Positions 5,529 through 14,531 of a DNA stretch of 38,977 nt are shown here, piece after piece. Origin of the DNA: a virus. Both the position numbers and the translations under genes were made by a program. Positions within the stretch are counted from its first letter, which is position 1. Each line of letters starts with the position of its first letter. The notes under the pieces were generated by a model that was not told where the DNA came from, made no database searches, and saw only the letters and a list, made by a program, of their open reading frames with translations. Location: the IMG/VR virus record IMGVR_UViG_3300045988_170240; one strand, given 5' to 3'.

Positions 5529-7199
5529 ATGACAGTAGGTCGTTCCACAGAGGCCTCTCAGCGAGAGCGGGATGAAGTCAAGCGTATCATTAAGCGCTTA
5601 GACCAGCTCAAGTCTGATAGGGCGAATTTTGAAGCTCACTGGCAAAAAATTGCCAAAGTAGTGATGCCTTTTGATATGTCCTTTCTCTCGCAGTATCAGA
5701 CTGAGGGAGTGGACACTGACCCTCGTGTGTACGACTCGACTGGTATTCACTCCAATGAGCTGTTGGCATCAGGCTTTTATTCTTTGTTGACAAACCCTGC
5801 ATCGCCCTGGTTTGACCTGAGTGTAGCCAATCAGAAACTGGCAAATAACTCGGCAGTCAAAAGATGGTTGGCAGATGTAACGCGCATCATGGCCTATGAA
5901 ATTCAGCGTCCTCAGTCGGGCTTTACTACTTCTCTTCATGAAGGGTATCGCTCATATGGCGCGTATGGCAACATGTGCATGTTTGTCACAGAGAAAAAGG
6001 ACCTGACTGGGCTTCAAATCAATTCTCTGCCTCTCTCTGAATGCTATTTTGCAGAGAACGCTGAGGGGCAGATAGGATCGCTCTACCGAGTATACAGACG
6101 CACCGTCCTTCAATTGGTCGAGGCGTTCGATAAGGCTAACCTGCATCCGGAGATCGTTAAGGCGTATGATGATGGGGAACTGAGCACCAAGTTTGAGATC
6201 CTCCATGTGGTGGCTCCGAACATTGAAGCAGACCCCCTCAGCATCAAAGCAGCCAAGGCCATGCCTTACAAATCCACGTATGTGGACACGAAGCATGGAC
6301 TTGTCATTCAGGAATCGGGATACAATGAACGTCCTTTCATGGCAGCAAGATTCTATAAAGCATCACATGAGACGTATGGTCGTGGCCCAGGTTCCAATGC
6401 TCTTCCCGATCTCCGGATGCTGCAGCAGATAGTTTCGACTAATCTGCGTGCGGCACAGAAAATGATTGATCCGGCTCTTATGATTCCGGACCAGGGTTTT
6501 GTGTCACCCATCTCGACCAAGCCTGCGGCGATTAACTATTATCGTACCGGCTCCATGGATCCTAAGGGCGTAGTTTCTATGCAAACAGGTGGACGCCCTG
6601 ATCTTGGTCTTGATATCATTAAAGACCTTCAGATGCGCATTCGGGAAATCTTCTTTGTGGACCAGCTTCAGCTGAACACAGGACCCCAGATGACGGCTAC
6701 TGAGGTTATGCAGAGAACTGAAGAGAAGCTTCGTCTTATGGGCCCGGTTGTGGGCCGTGCTGAGAATGAGCTTCTCTCGCCTCTGATCATTCGGTGTTTT
6801 GGTATTCTTATGAGAGCAGGCAAATTTGATACTCCTCCTGAGGAGTTGATGCAGCCTGGTGTGAAACTGCAGATTGTGTATACATCGCCCATTGCAAAAG
6901 CTCAGCAACAGGTTGAGGCTAATAACCTTACCAGAGCTATGCAAGTTCTTACTCCGTTCCTGTCATTTGATCCTGCCGCAATGGATAAGTTCAATACTGA
7001 CAAGACTGTGGAAGGCGTGTGCGATATGTATTCAATCAATCCTGAATACTTGCGAGATGATTCTGAAACTGCAGAAGTCCGGCAAGCTAGAGCAGAAGCT
7101 CAGCAGCAGGCTCAAATGGCAGAGCAAATCAAGAACGCAGGTATCGGTATGAATAACATCGCCTCGGGTATGGATACCTTAGGCCAGATGGAGCAGTAA
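5529..7199 (+). CDS. Portal (head-tail connector) protein (556 aa)
   Basis: Size and position between terminase and scaffold/capsid; Gln-rich C-terminus. Confidence 0.6.
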   Translation: MTVGRSTEASQRERDEVKRIIKRLDQLKSDRANFEAHWQKIAKVVMPFDMSFLSQYQTEGVDTDPRVYDSTGIHSNELLASGFYSLLTNPASPWFDLSVANQKLANNSAVKRWLADVTRIMAYEIQRPQSGFTTSLHEGYRSYGAYGNMCMFVTEKKDLTGLQINSLPLSECYFAENAEGQIGSLYRVYRRTVLQLVEAFDKANLHPEIVKAYDDGELSTKFEILHVVAPNIEADPLSIKAAKAMPYKSTYVDTKHGLVIQESGYNERPFMAARFYKASHETYGRGPGSNALPDLRMLQQIVSTNLRAAQKMIDPALMIPDQGFVSPISTKPAAINYYRTGSMDPKGVVSMQTGGRPDLGLDIIKDLQMRIREIFFVDQLQLNTGPQMTATEVMQRTEEKLRLMGPVVGRAENELLSPLIIRCFGILMRAGKFDTPPEELMQPGVKLQIVYTSPIAKAQQQVEANNLTRAMQVLTPFLSFDPAAMDKFNTDKTVEGVCDMYSINPEYLRDDSETAEVRQARAEAQQQAQMAEQIKNAGIGMNNIASGMDTLGQMEQ

Positions 7200-7433
7200 A
7201 TGGCAGAACTCTCATTTGAACAGAGACAGGCCAAGCAAGCCGAGGTCATCCGGGCTTATAATCGGTTGTTTAATACGACCGATGGTAAGTTGGTTCTGGA
7301 AGACCTTAAACAGGCTCATTGGATTAACCGTCCCACGTTTGACGTTAACACAAACCTTATGAGCATGCGCGAAGGCGAGAGAAACGTGGTTCTCCGCATT
7401 ATGGCGCTTGTCGAAGATGGAAGGACCCTCTAA
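7200..7433 (+). CDS. Small hypothetical protein (77 aa)
   Basis: ORF tightly packed between portal and scaffold; start overlaps the portal stop. Confidence 0.45.
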   Translation: MAELSFEQRQAKQAEVIRAYNRLFNTTDGKLVLEDLKQAHWINRPTFDVNTNLMSMREGERNVVLRIMALVEDGRTL

Positions 7434-8335
7434 TGGATAATCCCACTCCGATTTCTGGCGGCGAAATTGCCGCTGGTGGATCCACCACTACTTCTCCGGC
7501 CCCTTCCCAGCCGGCTTCCCCGCCGCCAGCCCCCGCTGATGCTCCTAGCACTCAGGCTGGCAATCCTCCGGCCTCAGGGAGTTGGTTTGACCAGCTCTCT
7601 GAGGAACTGAAGGGAAGCAAGAGTCTGGCGAAGTTTAAGGACGTCAACAATCTTGCTCAGGCCTATGTTCATGCGGAATCGCTTATTGGACGCGATAAAA
7701 TTCCGGTACCGAAGACCGATGAAGACTGGCAAGACGTCTATAACCGCCTTGGGCGCCCTGCTACGCCTGATGATTATTCTCTCAATGCTGATGCTCTTAA
7801 GCAAATGCAGCTTCCTGAGGATATAGTATCAGTCCTGGAAGAGGACCTTAAATGGTTCAAGCCCACGGCGCACAATCTCGGTCTTAATGACCGACAGGCG
7901 ACGGCACTTATGCAGGCCTTTGTGGCTAACGTGAGTGAAACTATGTCTTCGAGAACTATGGACCAAGATACCGAACTGAAGCAGTGCGAAAATATGCTTC
8001 GTAAGGAATATGGTCAAGCGTACGACTCGAAGATTACCATTGCACAGCGTGCTCTGTTTACCCTGGGTGGCGAAAAGCTGGTTGACGAAGTGAACAAGAC
8101 GAGTCTGGGTCGCAACCCTGCATTCGTCAATATGTTCGTTCGTATTGGTGAACAGATGCATGAAGAACTCGGTTTGGATCTCGGTGGGCAACCGGATACC
8201 CCTGCAGATCTTGATTCTCAGATTCAGGAACTGCAGCGTCATCCGGCCTTCCTCGATTCGACTCACCCCGAGCATAAGTCTGTTGTTGACAGGATCCGCG
8301 TTCTGTTTGAACGTCGGTATCCCAATGGGTCGTGA
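7433..8335 (+). CDS. Putative scaffolding protein (300 aa), Pro/Ala-rich N-terminus, acidic
   Basis: Position immediately upstream of the major capsid gene; low-complexity acidic composition. Confidence 0.5.
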   Translation: MDNPTPISGGEIAAGGSTTTSPAPSQPASPPPAPADAPSTQAGNPPASGSWFDQLSEELKGSKSLAKFKDVNNLAQAYVHAESLIGRDKIPVPKTDEDWQDVYNRLGRPATPDDYSLNADALKQMQLPEDIVSVLEEDLKWFKPTAHNLGLNDRQATALMQAFVANVSETMSSRTMDQDTELKQCENMLRKEYGQAYDSKITIAQRALFTLGGEKLVDEVNKTSLGRNPAFVNMFVRIGEQMHEELGLDLGGQPDTPADLDSQIQELQRHPAFLDSTHPEHKSVVDRIRVLFERRYPNGS

Positions 8336-8397
8336 GTCGCCCATTGAATGAGGGCCCGAAAGGATAACCCCTCACTCAAACTTTATGGAGAAAACCA

Positions 8398-9261
8398 ATG
8401 AGTTTTCAGATTACTGAAGCCTTTGTGCAGCAGTACAACAGCACTGTGTCGCTGGTTTCCCAGCAGAAACAGTCGCGTCTGGAACCCGCTGTGCGCGTGG
8501 AAACCATCCGTGGCACGCGTGAAGCTTTCGATTCCATCGGTACTGTTGAAGCCCAGCCTCGTGGCGGTCGTCACGCTGACACCCCTCAGATGGACACTCC
8601 GCATATGCGCCGGTGGGTTACGTCTGCCCCGTACAACTGGGCGGACCTCGTCGACAAGCCCGACCGTCTGCGTATGCTGTATGATCCCACGTCACCCTAT
8701 GTGCAGAACGCCGTCATGGCCTTCAACCGCGCGAAAGACAAAATCATCATCAATGCCGCCTTTGCCCCTGTCTGGACGGGCGAACATGGCGATGTCCAGA
8801 AAACGTTCCCGACCAGCAACATCATCCCGCATAACAACACCGGTCTGACCATCGAAAAGCTTATTCAGGCCCGCGGCATGCTGTGGCGGAATGAAATCGA
8901 TGAAAGTGAACCCCTGTTCGCCGCCGTCACCAGCTTCCAGCTGGAAGACATGCTGAACAACACCAAGGTTCAGTCGGCTGACTACAACACCATCAAGGCC
9001 CTTGTACGCGGTGAAATCAATTCTTTTATGGGATTCACGTTCATCCGTACCGAGCAGCTTGAAAAGGACGGCGCGGCGCGTAAGTGCATCGTGTGGTCCA
9101 AGCCTGGTCTGCTCCTTGCCAAGGCGGAAGACATCACCACCAAGATCTCTGAACGTGGTGACAAGAACTACTCCACGCAGGTCTACGCTGAAATGGACCT
9201 CGGCGCGGTGCGTATGGAAGACGAAAAGGTCCTGCAGTTGCAGTGCAAGGAAGGTGCGTAA
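8398..9261 (+). CDS. Major capsid protein (287 aa)
   Basis: Position after the scaffold; strong RBS GGAGAAAACCAATG; overlaps the next gene start as TAATG. Confidence 0.6.
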   Translation: MSFQITEAFVQQYNSTVSLVSQQKQSRLEPAVRVETIRGTREAFDSIGTVEAQPRGGRHADTPQMDTPHMRRWVTSAPYNWADLVDKPDRLRMLYDPTSPYVQNAVMAFNRAKDKIIINAAFAPVWTGEHGDVQKTFPTSNIIPHNNTGLTIEKLIQARGMLWRNEIDESEPLFAAVTSFQLEDMLNNTKVQSADYNTIKALVRGEINSFMGFTFIRTEQLEKDGAARKCIVWSKPGLLLAKAEDITTKISERGDKNYSTQVYAEMDLGAVRMEDEKVLQLQCKEGA

Positions 9262-9692
9262 TGCAGTACTCCAACGTTGCTGGAAAGCAGAAGTCCAATG
9301 ACGTATACCGGTATCCGGCGGAACTGACCTCCGGCAAGGTACGTCGCCTGAAATTCGAAACTGTGACCGACGCGGCTGACACCGATATTACCATCGGGTT
9401 TTTGCCGTCCGGCACGACCAGTATTCTCGGCATTTCTCGTATGTCGGCGTCTGTCGCCACCACGGCGTCCATTGTCATTCCCGCCCATAAGTCCATGGGT
9501 GGAGAAGACGTAGCTGAGAAGACCATTCGTGCCGCAGCCACGGCTAACACTGCGGGCGGTGTGCCCATGACGGATACGCTTACCGGCGTGGATATCGATT
9601 CTCAGACTCAGGTCCCGGTTATTCTGAAGTTCTCGACCTCCGCTGCGAAGGGCACCAAGCTCGACGGCGAACTGTACTTCACCTACGAATAA
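9261..9692 (+). CDS. Putative minor capsid / decoration protein (143 aa, beta-rich)
   Basis: RBS AAGGAAGG; start overlaps the capsid stop; Thr/Ser/Ala-rich. Confidence 0.45.
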   Translation: MQYSNVAGKQKSNDVYRYPAELTSGKVRRLKFETVTDAADTDITIGFLPSGTTSILGISRMSASVATTASIVIPAHKSMGGEDVAEKTIRAAATANTAGGVPMTDTLTGVDIDSQTQVPVILKFSTSAAKGTKLDGELYFTYE

Positions 9693-9703
9693 GGAGCAAA
9701 GCC

Positions 9704-10261
9704 ATGGCGTCCTCTATCGAAATTTGTAACGATGCATTGACTATGTTGAGTCAGGAACCTGTTATGGCTCTTGATGATACAACTAAGGCTTCTCGCCTGT
9801 GCAAGCAGCGTTATGAACCGGTACGGGACGCCTTGCTTCGCTCTTATCCGTGGTCCTTTGCCATGAAGCGGGAGATTCTTGCACGAGATCTCGAATCTCC
9901 CGCTTTTGGCTATGCCAACGCGTATTCTCTTCCTGTGGACTGCGTACGTGTAGTCAGCATCAATGATAGGACGCAAGAATGGCAGGTAGAAGGTCGTAAG
10001 GTCTTGACTAACGCTGACAGGGCGAATCTTCGATACATACGCAAGGTTGAAGATCCTAACGAAATGGATGCGATGTTCAGAGAGTGTTTGACACTCAAGT
10101 TGGCCGCTGATATGTGCATTTCGTTGACCAGCAATATTGATCTCAAGTCGATGTACGAACAACTTCTTGAGCGCAAGATCAATCTGGCCTATAATGCTTC
10201 TGCCATTGAGAGCACTCCTCCTGAGGTCATCGAAGGTAACTGGATTCTGTCGAGGTATTAA
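9704..10261 (+). CDS. Tail tubular protein A-like (185 aa)
   Basis: Position and size correspond to T7 gp11 in a T7-like structural order. Confidence 0.4.
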   Translation: MASSIEICNDALTMLSQEPVMALDDTTKASRLCKQRYEPVRDALLRSYPWSFAMKREILARDLESPAFGYANAYSLPVDCVRVVSINDRTQEWQVEGRKVLTNADRANLRYIRKVEDPNEMDAMFRECLTLKLAADMCISLTSNIDLKSMYEQLLERKINLAYNASAIESTPPEVIEGNWILSRY

Positions 10262-10263
10262 AC

Positions 10264-12066
10264 ATGCAGGACGCAATTCCAATTCAAGTATCATTCGCTT
10301 CCGGCGAACTTAGCCCACGGATGCATAATCGCATTGACGTGGATGCTTATTTTGCCGGTGCTGCTGAGATGCGTAACCTGATTGCACTCCCGCATGGACC
10401 AATGACTCGTAGGATGGGTTCACGATTCGTCATCAATTGTAAGAGTGAGAAAGTTAAACTCATTCCATTTAAATTTAGTACCAATCAATCGTTCATTCTT
10501 GAATTCGGTAAGACTGCGAATACTGGTTATGGTGGATATATGCGTGTCCATTATAACGGTGGTACAGTTGTAAATGACAATGGATCTATTTACGAACTGC
10601 CAACCTATTTTATTGATGATGCATGGTATGACCAGGTAACCTGGGCACAGTCCGGCGACGTATTGTGGTTGTGTTATTACAACTATTCACCCCAGCGCCT
10701 CATTCGTAAGGCAAATAATAACTGGGAATTGGATACTCCTATTGCTCATACGTCAGACAATGACCCAGTTCCGCCACAGTGGCAGAATTTTAACTGGCCA
10801 AGAGTTGTTGCGTATCATGAACAGCGTTTGGTCATGGGAAGTACTCCTGCACAACCATTGACATTGTGGTTTTCTGAGATCGGGGATACTACCCGATTCT
10901 ATCGTAATCGGGCTTCCTCTGACCCGGTTCTTGATACTGACCCGATGAACTATACCATGGCCACTGATATGGCAGATGGTATTAAATGGTTGCACTCTAC
11001 TGACGTACTTTTGTGCGGAACTGGTAGTGCAGAATACCGTATTGCGCCATCATCCTTGGGTGAAGCTCTTACACCGAGTAATATCAAGATTACAAAGCAG
11101 ACCAATTATGGTTCTATGGCTGCACAAGCTGTCCAATTGGGCTCATCTGTATTGTTCATTCAAAACAGTCGAGATCGTGTGCGTTCTCTTGATTACTCGG
11201 TTCTTGATAACCAGTTTGCAGCCACAGATTTGACTATCTTTGCAGACCACATTCTTAAAGGCAAAGTCAAAGATGTGGCATATATGAGCGCGCCAGACAC
11301 GTATTTGTGGTGTATTACTGATACTAATCAGTTGATTGGCATGACATATGAAAAGCAACAGAAAGTACTTGCTTGGCATGCCCATTCATTCGAAGCTCAG
11401 ACCCAATCTGGATATGAGAATGTCGAACTGAAGAGTATTAGTTGTATCCCTGGTCCTAATGGCGACCAACTATGGCTTGTTATTAAAAGAGGAAATCGTA
11501 CATCTACGATTGAGTATATTGACAAGATTGTTAATGAGTCACCAAATTTGAGTGTTGAGTCTTTTGCTGATGGTCAGGCAGTATATCAAGGTACTGCTAC
11601 TTCAACCATTACTGGTCTCAATCATTTAGAAGGACTTAAAGTTGCTCCTCTTATTAATGGATGGGTCCATCCTGAAGTGTATGTACAAAATGGCGCAATT
11701 ACGCTTAATCAAGCAGTAACTAACTGTGTCATTGGTGTTCCATATACTTCACGGTTTAAGTCTATGGTTATTCAGGCATCTGACCAGGTATCTACAGGAG
11801 CATCGAGAAAGATTGTTAGTGCTACATTCTCTTTGCTGAATTCTCTGGGATTGAGATTCGGCATTGAGGGCCAAAGCATGCAAGAGAAGTTCTTTGGCCC
11901 GACCAAAATTATGAATAAGGCACAGCAGTTGTTTACAGGAGATTTTACTGAGTCTGTAGCGTCTTCTAACAATGAAACGCAACAGCTCGTAATTGAACAC
12001 AAGACACCCTATCCTCTCATGGTTAGGGCCATTGTGTATCATATCAATCCGAGGCGGGTTAACTAA
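10264..12066 (+). CDS. Tail tubular protein B-like / tail protein (600 aa)
   Basis: Large ORF in the gp12 position. Confidence 0.4.
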   Translation: MQDAIPIQVSFASGELSPRMHNRIDVDAYFAGAAEMRNLIALPHGPMTRRMGSRFVINCKSEKVKLIPFKFSTNQSFILEFGKTANTGYGGYMRVHYNGGTVVNDNGSIYELPTYFIDDAWYDQVTWAQSGDVLWLCYYNYSPQRLIRKANNNWELDTPIAHTSDNDPVPPQWQNFNWPRVVAYHEQRLVMGSTPAQPLTLWFSEIGDTTRFYRNRASSDPVLDTDPMNYTMATDMADGIKWLHSTDVLLCGTGSAEYRIAPSSLGEALTPSNIKITKQTNYGSMAAQAVQLGSSVLFIQNSRDRVRSLDYSVLDNQFAATDLTIFADHILKGKVKDVAYMSAPDTYLWCITDTNQLIGMTYEKQQKVLAWHAHSFEAQTQSGYENVELKSISCIPGPNGDQLWLVIKRGNRTSTIEYIDKIVNESPNLSVESFADGQAVYQGTATSTITGLNHLEGLKVAPLINGWVHPEVYVQNGAITLNQAVTNCVIGVPYTSRFKSMVIQASDQVSTGASRKIVSATFSLLNSLGLRFGIEGQSMQEKFFGPTKIMNKAQQLFTGDFTESVASSNNETQQLVIEHKTPYPLMVRAIVYHINPRRVN

Positions 12067-12506
12067 TGAAGCCGATTTTCCGGGAAGTAAATCTGGCACA
12101 TCACATTGGTAGAGCGATTCATTTGATTGATGCGCACTGCCAAGAGGTAGTTGGACAGGGTAAGAAGTATAATCCAGACATTGATTATCTCTGTATGGGG
12201 TCAAATACTGGGTTACTGCATACGTTTGATATTGAGGACAATGACAAGGTAGTAGGATATGCGGTTTTTATGATCGCAAAAGATTTTATTACCAGTGAAC
12301 GGTCGGCGTCTAATGTGGCCATTTATGTGTCACCTGAATATAGAGGGCGTACAGCAGTTAGGTTTATGCAGTACACTGAAATGATGCTTTTGTCCAAGGG
12401 TATTAAGCAAATAAATTTTCATGTACCTCCGAGTTCTATGGCAGAAAAGTGCCTCGCTCATTTAGGGTACAATCTTCGTGAGAAGGTTTACTACAAAGAG
12501 TTCTAA
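12066..12506 (+). CDS. GNAT-family N-acetyltransferase (146 aa) in the internal-virion-protein (gp13-like) position
   Basis: GNAT motif-A-like YRGRTAVRF preceded by beta-strand VVGYAVFMIAKD and followed by an NFHV segment typical of the GNAT fold. Confidence 0.5.
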   Translation: MKPIFREVNLAHHIGRAIHLIDAHCQEVVGQGKKYNPDIDYLCMGSNTGLLHTFDIEDNDKVVGYAVFMIAKDFITSERSASNVAIYVSPEYRGRTAVRFMQYTEMMLLSKGIKQINFHVPPSSMAEKCLAHLGYNLREKVYYKEF

Positions 12507-12525
12507 AGCTCATTGGGAGTAGAAT

Positions 12526-13002
12526 ATGGCAATGTCCACCCTTGCTATGGCTGCAGTCGTAGGTTCCACACTTGTTGGAACTATCGGTTCTTTGCAGCAA
12601 GCTGAAGCACAATCTGCTGCGTATAAAGCCCAACAGGCGCAATCTCAGTATCAAGCAGAACTTTACGAGCTGAATTCGCGTAAAGAAGCGGCTAATATGG
12701 GTGTAGAAGCCACCAGACTGCAAGCTAAACAGATTGCTGCGGCATCTGCTAGCGGCTATGAACTTGACAGCGGTTCTTTTATGGACCTGGTTAATGAATC
12801 CGCGGAGAATGCCAAACTTGATCGTGAGGATGTTCTTCGTACAGGGCGTTTACAAGCTGAAGCCAAACGAGTTGAAGCAGATTCATATGGTAAAGCAGCA
12901 AAGGATTCTAAAACCGGTGGATGGGTTAACGCTGCAGCATCTTTGTTCAAGGGTACAACTAGTGGGTACCTGGTTGGTAATAAAGCAGGATGGTGGGACT
13001 AA
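12526..13002 (+). CDS. Internal virion protein (158 aa), hydrophobic N-terminus, Ala/Gln-rich
   Basis: ORF in the gp14-like position. Confidence 0.4.
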   Translation: MAMSTLAMAAVVGSTLVGTIGSLQQAEAQSAAYKAQQAQSQYQAELYELNSRKEAANMGVEATRLQAKQIAAASASGYELDSGSFMDLVNESAENAKLDREDVLRTGRLQAEAKRVEADSYGKAAKDSKTGGWVNAAASLFKGTTSGYLVGNKAGWWD

Positions 13003-14528
13003 TGGCTAAGGAAATTCCACGCTATTTTGGTGACCCACAAATTGACCAAGTTCCTGTAGGAGCAGTGCCTAGCGCTAGTGCTATGGCTGCTCCTGCCGAT
13101 GCAGAACGTTCATTCATTACTGGTCTTGGTAGGTTAATGGGTGCGGCAGACGATTTTGCTCAGACTTTTATGGACAAAATTGTCGAACGTCAAGCACGCG
13201 ATGCTGATATCGAGATGACCAAGTTGTTTCGTGACCGCGAAATGGAAATCCGCAAAACGAAACTTGGTGCCCAAACTGATGGTCTTCTGAATGCAGAAGA
13301 AGAGTGGTCTAATAAGACTGCTGGTGAGCTTCGCGAGAAGATGAAAGTACCTGGGTACATCTTTGATAAGCTGTGGCATAAGCATACGTCCAGTTATCTG
13401 AATGAAATGGGTACATATCAGATTCAACAGCAGACGATTGCTGATAAGCAGTCTCGTGCCGCATATGTTGATACCCTGAAAGACGGTCTTATTAGAACGC
13501 CATTAGGAGATGTTGATGCCCTCACAAGCTACTTCGAACAAGTTCGTAAGACATACCCTAATGATAACATTGCAGCTGAAAAAGCAATCGATGACGGTAT
13601 TCTTGTGGCGGTCCAATCGTGGGCTCGAGATAATCCGTCGGCAACTATCGCATGGTTTAGGCAAAACAAAAAAGACCTGGAGACTGTGGTCGGCCGTCAA
13701 ACCATTAAAATTGATACTATCATTCAGCAAGCTGAAAATCGCATACATGCAGAGGCTTCATACCGCAATTCGTTAGAATCGGTAGCATGGACGCGGGAAC
13801 AGCGAGCTCAGAAGCGTGCAGATAACGCAGCATTCAATGATTTCATTACTGACGCTATCAGTGGTGAAATGGATGATGCTAAGTTTTATGACTATATGGG
13901 TAACCAAGCCGTGTCTGGTGAAACTCGCAAAAACATGTACAGCTTTTTTAAAGGCATGGCTAAAGATGACATGTCTAAAATCAGCAAGGCTGTATATGGC
14001 GATCTTATGGTATCTGTCTATGAGAATCAGGCTGACGACCAATGGGTTGCTCGTGCTCAAAAAGCGGTAGCGGCAGGTCAGATTACTGGTACTGAATACA
14101 AGACGCTTCTTAATGCTCGTGATACTATTGCAAGCAAGATGGATACATCCATTAAACCTATGCTGACGGATGCATCGAAGTATATTAAGAACTTCATCAG
14201 TCCTAGTAATGGGCTTATGGGAAAAACCAATCCTGATGCTGAAAATAAGTATCTGAAAGTCAATCAAGCTTTGTATCGCGAGGCGCAAGGGAAGACGCCT
14301 GAGCAAGTGGCTAAACTGGTAGACTTCAATGACCCAGGTAGCTTCATCAATAAACTGATTGATGCGAACACAAGTGACAAGCCAAACTTTAGGGGTGCAA
14401 TGTCTGTACCTAAAACAAACTGGGTACCGACTATTCCGGAGAAAGGTACTCCAGTTATTTCACCTGATAAGGTCAGACAGCCTGGTGAGACTTTCTCTGA
14501 ATGGAAAAAGCGTACACAAGGGAAGTAA
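13002..14528 (+). CDS. Internal virion / ejection protein (508 aa from ATG 13002, which overlaps the upstream stop as TAATG)
   Basis: ORF in the gp15-like position. Confidence 0.4.
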   Translation: MAKEIPRYFGDPQIDQVPVGAVPSASAMAAPADAERSFITGLGRLMGAADDFAQTFMDKIVERQARDADIEMTKLFRDREMEIRKTKLGAQTDGLLNAEEEWSNKTAGELREKMKVPGYIFDKLWHKHTSSYLNEMGTYQIQQQTIADKQSRAAYVDTLKDGLIRTPLGDVDALTSYFEQVRKTYPNDNIAAEKAIDDGILVAVQSWARDNPSATIAWFRQNKKDLETVVGRQTIKIDTIIQQAENRIHAEASYRNSLESVAWTREQRAQKRADNAAFNDFITDAISGEMDDAKFYDYMGNQAVSGETRKNMYSFFKGMAKDDMSKISKAVYGDLMVSVYENQADDQWVARAQKAVAAGQITGTEYKTLLNARDTIASKMDTSIKPMLTDASKYIKNFISPSNGLMGKTNPDAENKYLKVNQALYREAQGKTPEQVAKLVDFNDPGSFINKLIDANTSDKPNFRGAMSVPKTNWVPTIPEKGTPVISPDKVRQPGETFSEWKKRTQGK

Positions 14529-14531
14529 ATT

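Noticed and set aside
8344-8376. Weak hairpin (tgaggg / ccctca) in the capsid gene leader as a terminator
   Set aside because: Short 6-bp stem with no U tract. At most a translational-control structure. Not reported as a feature.
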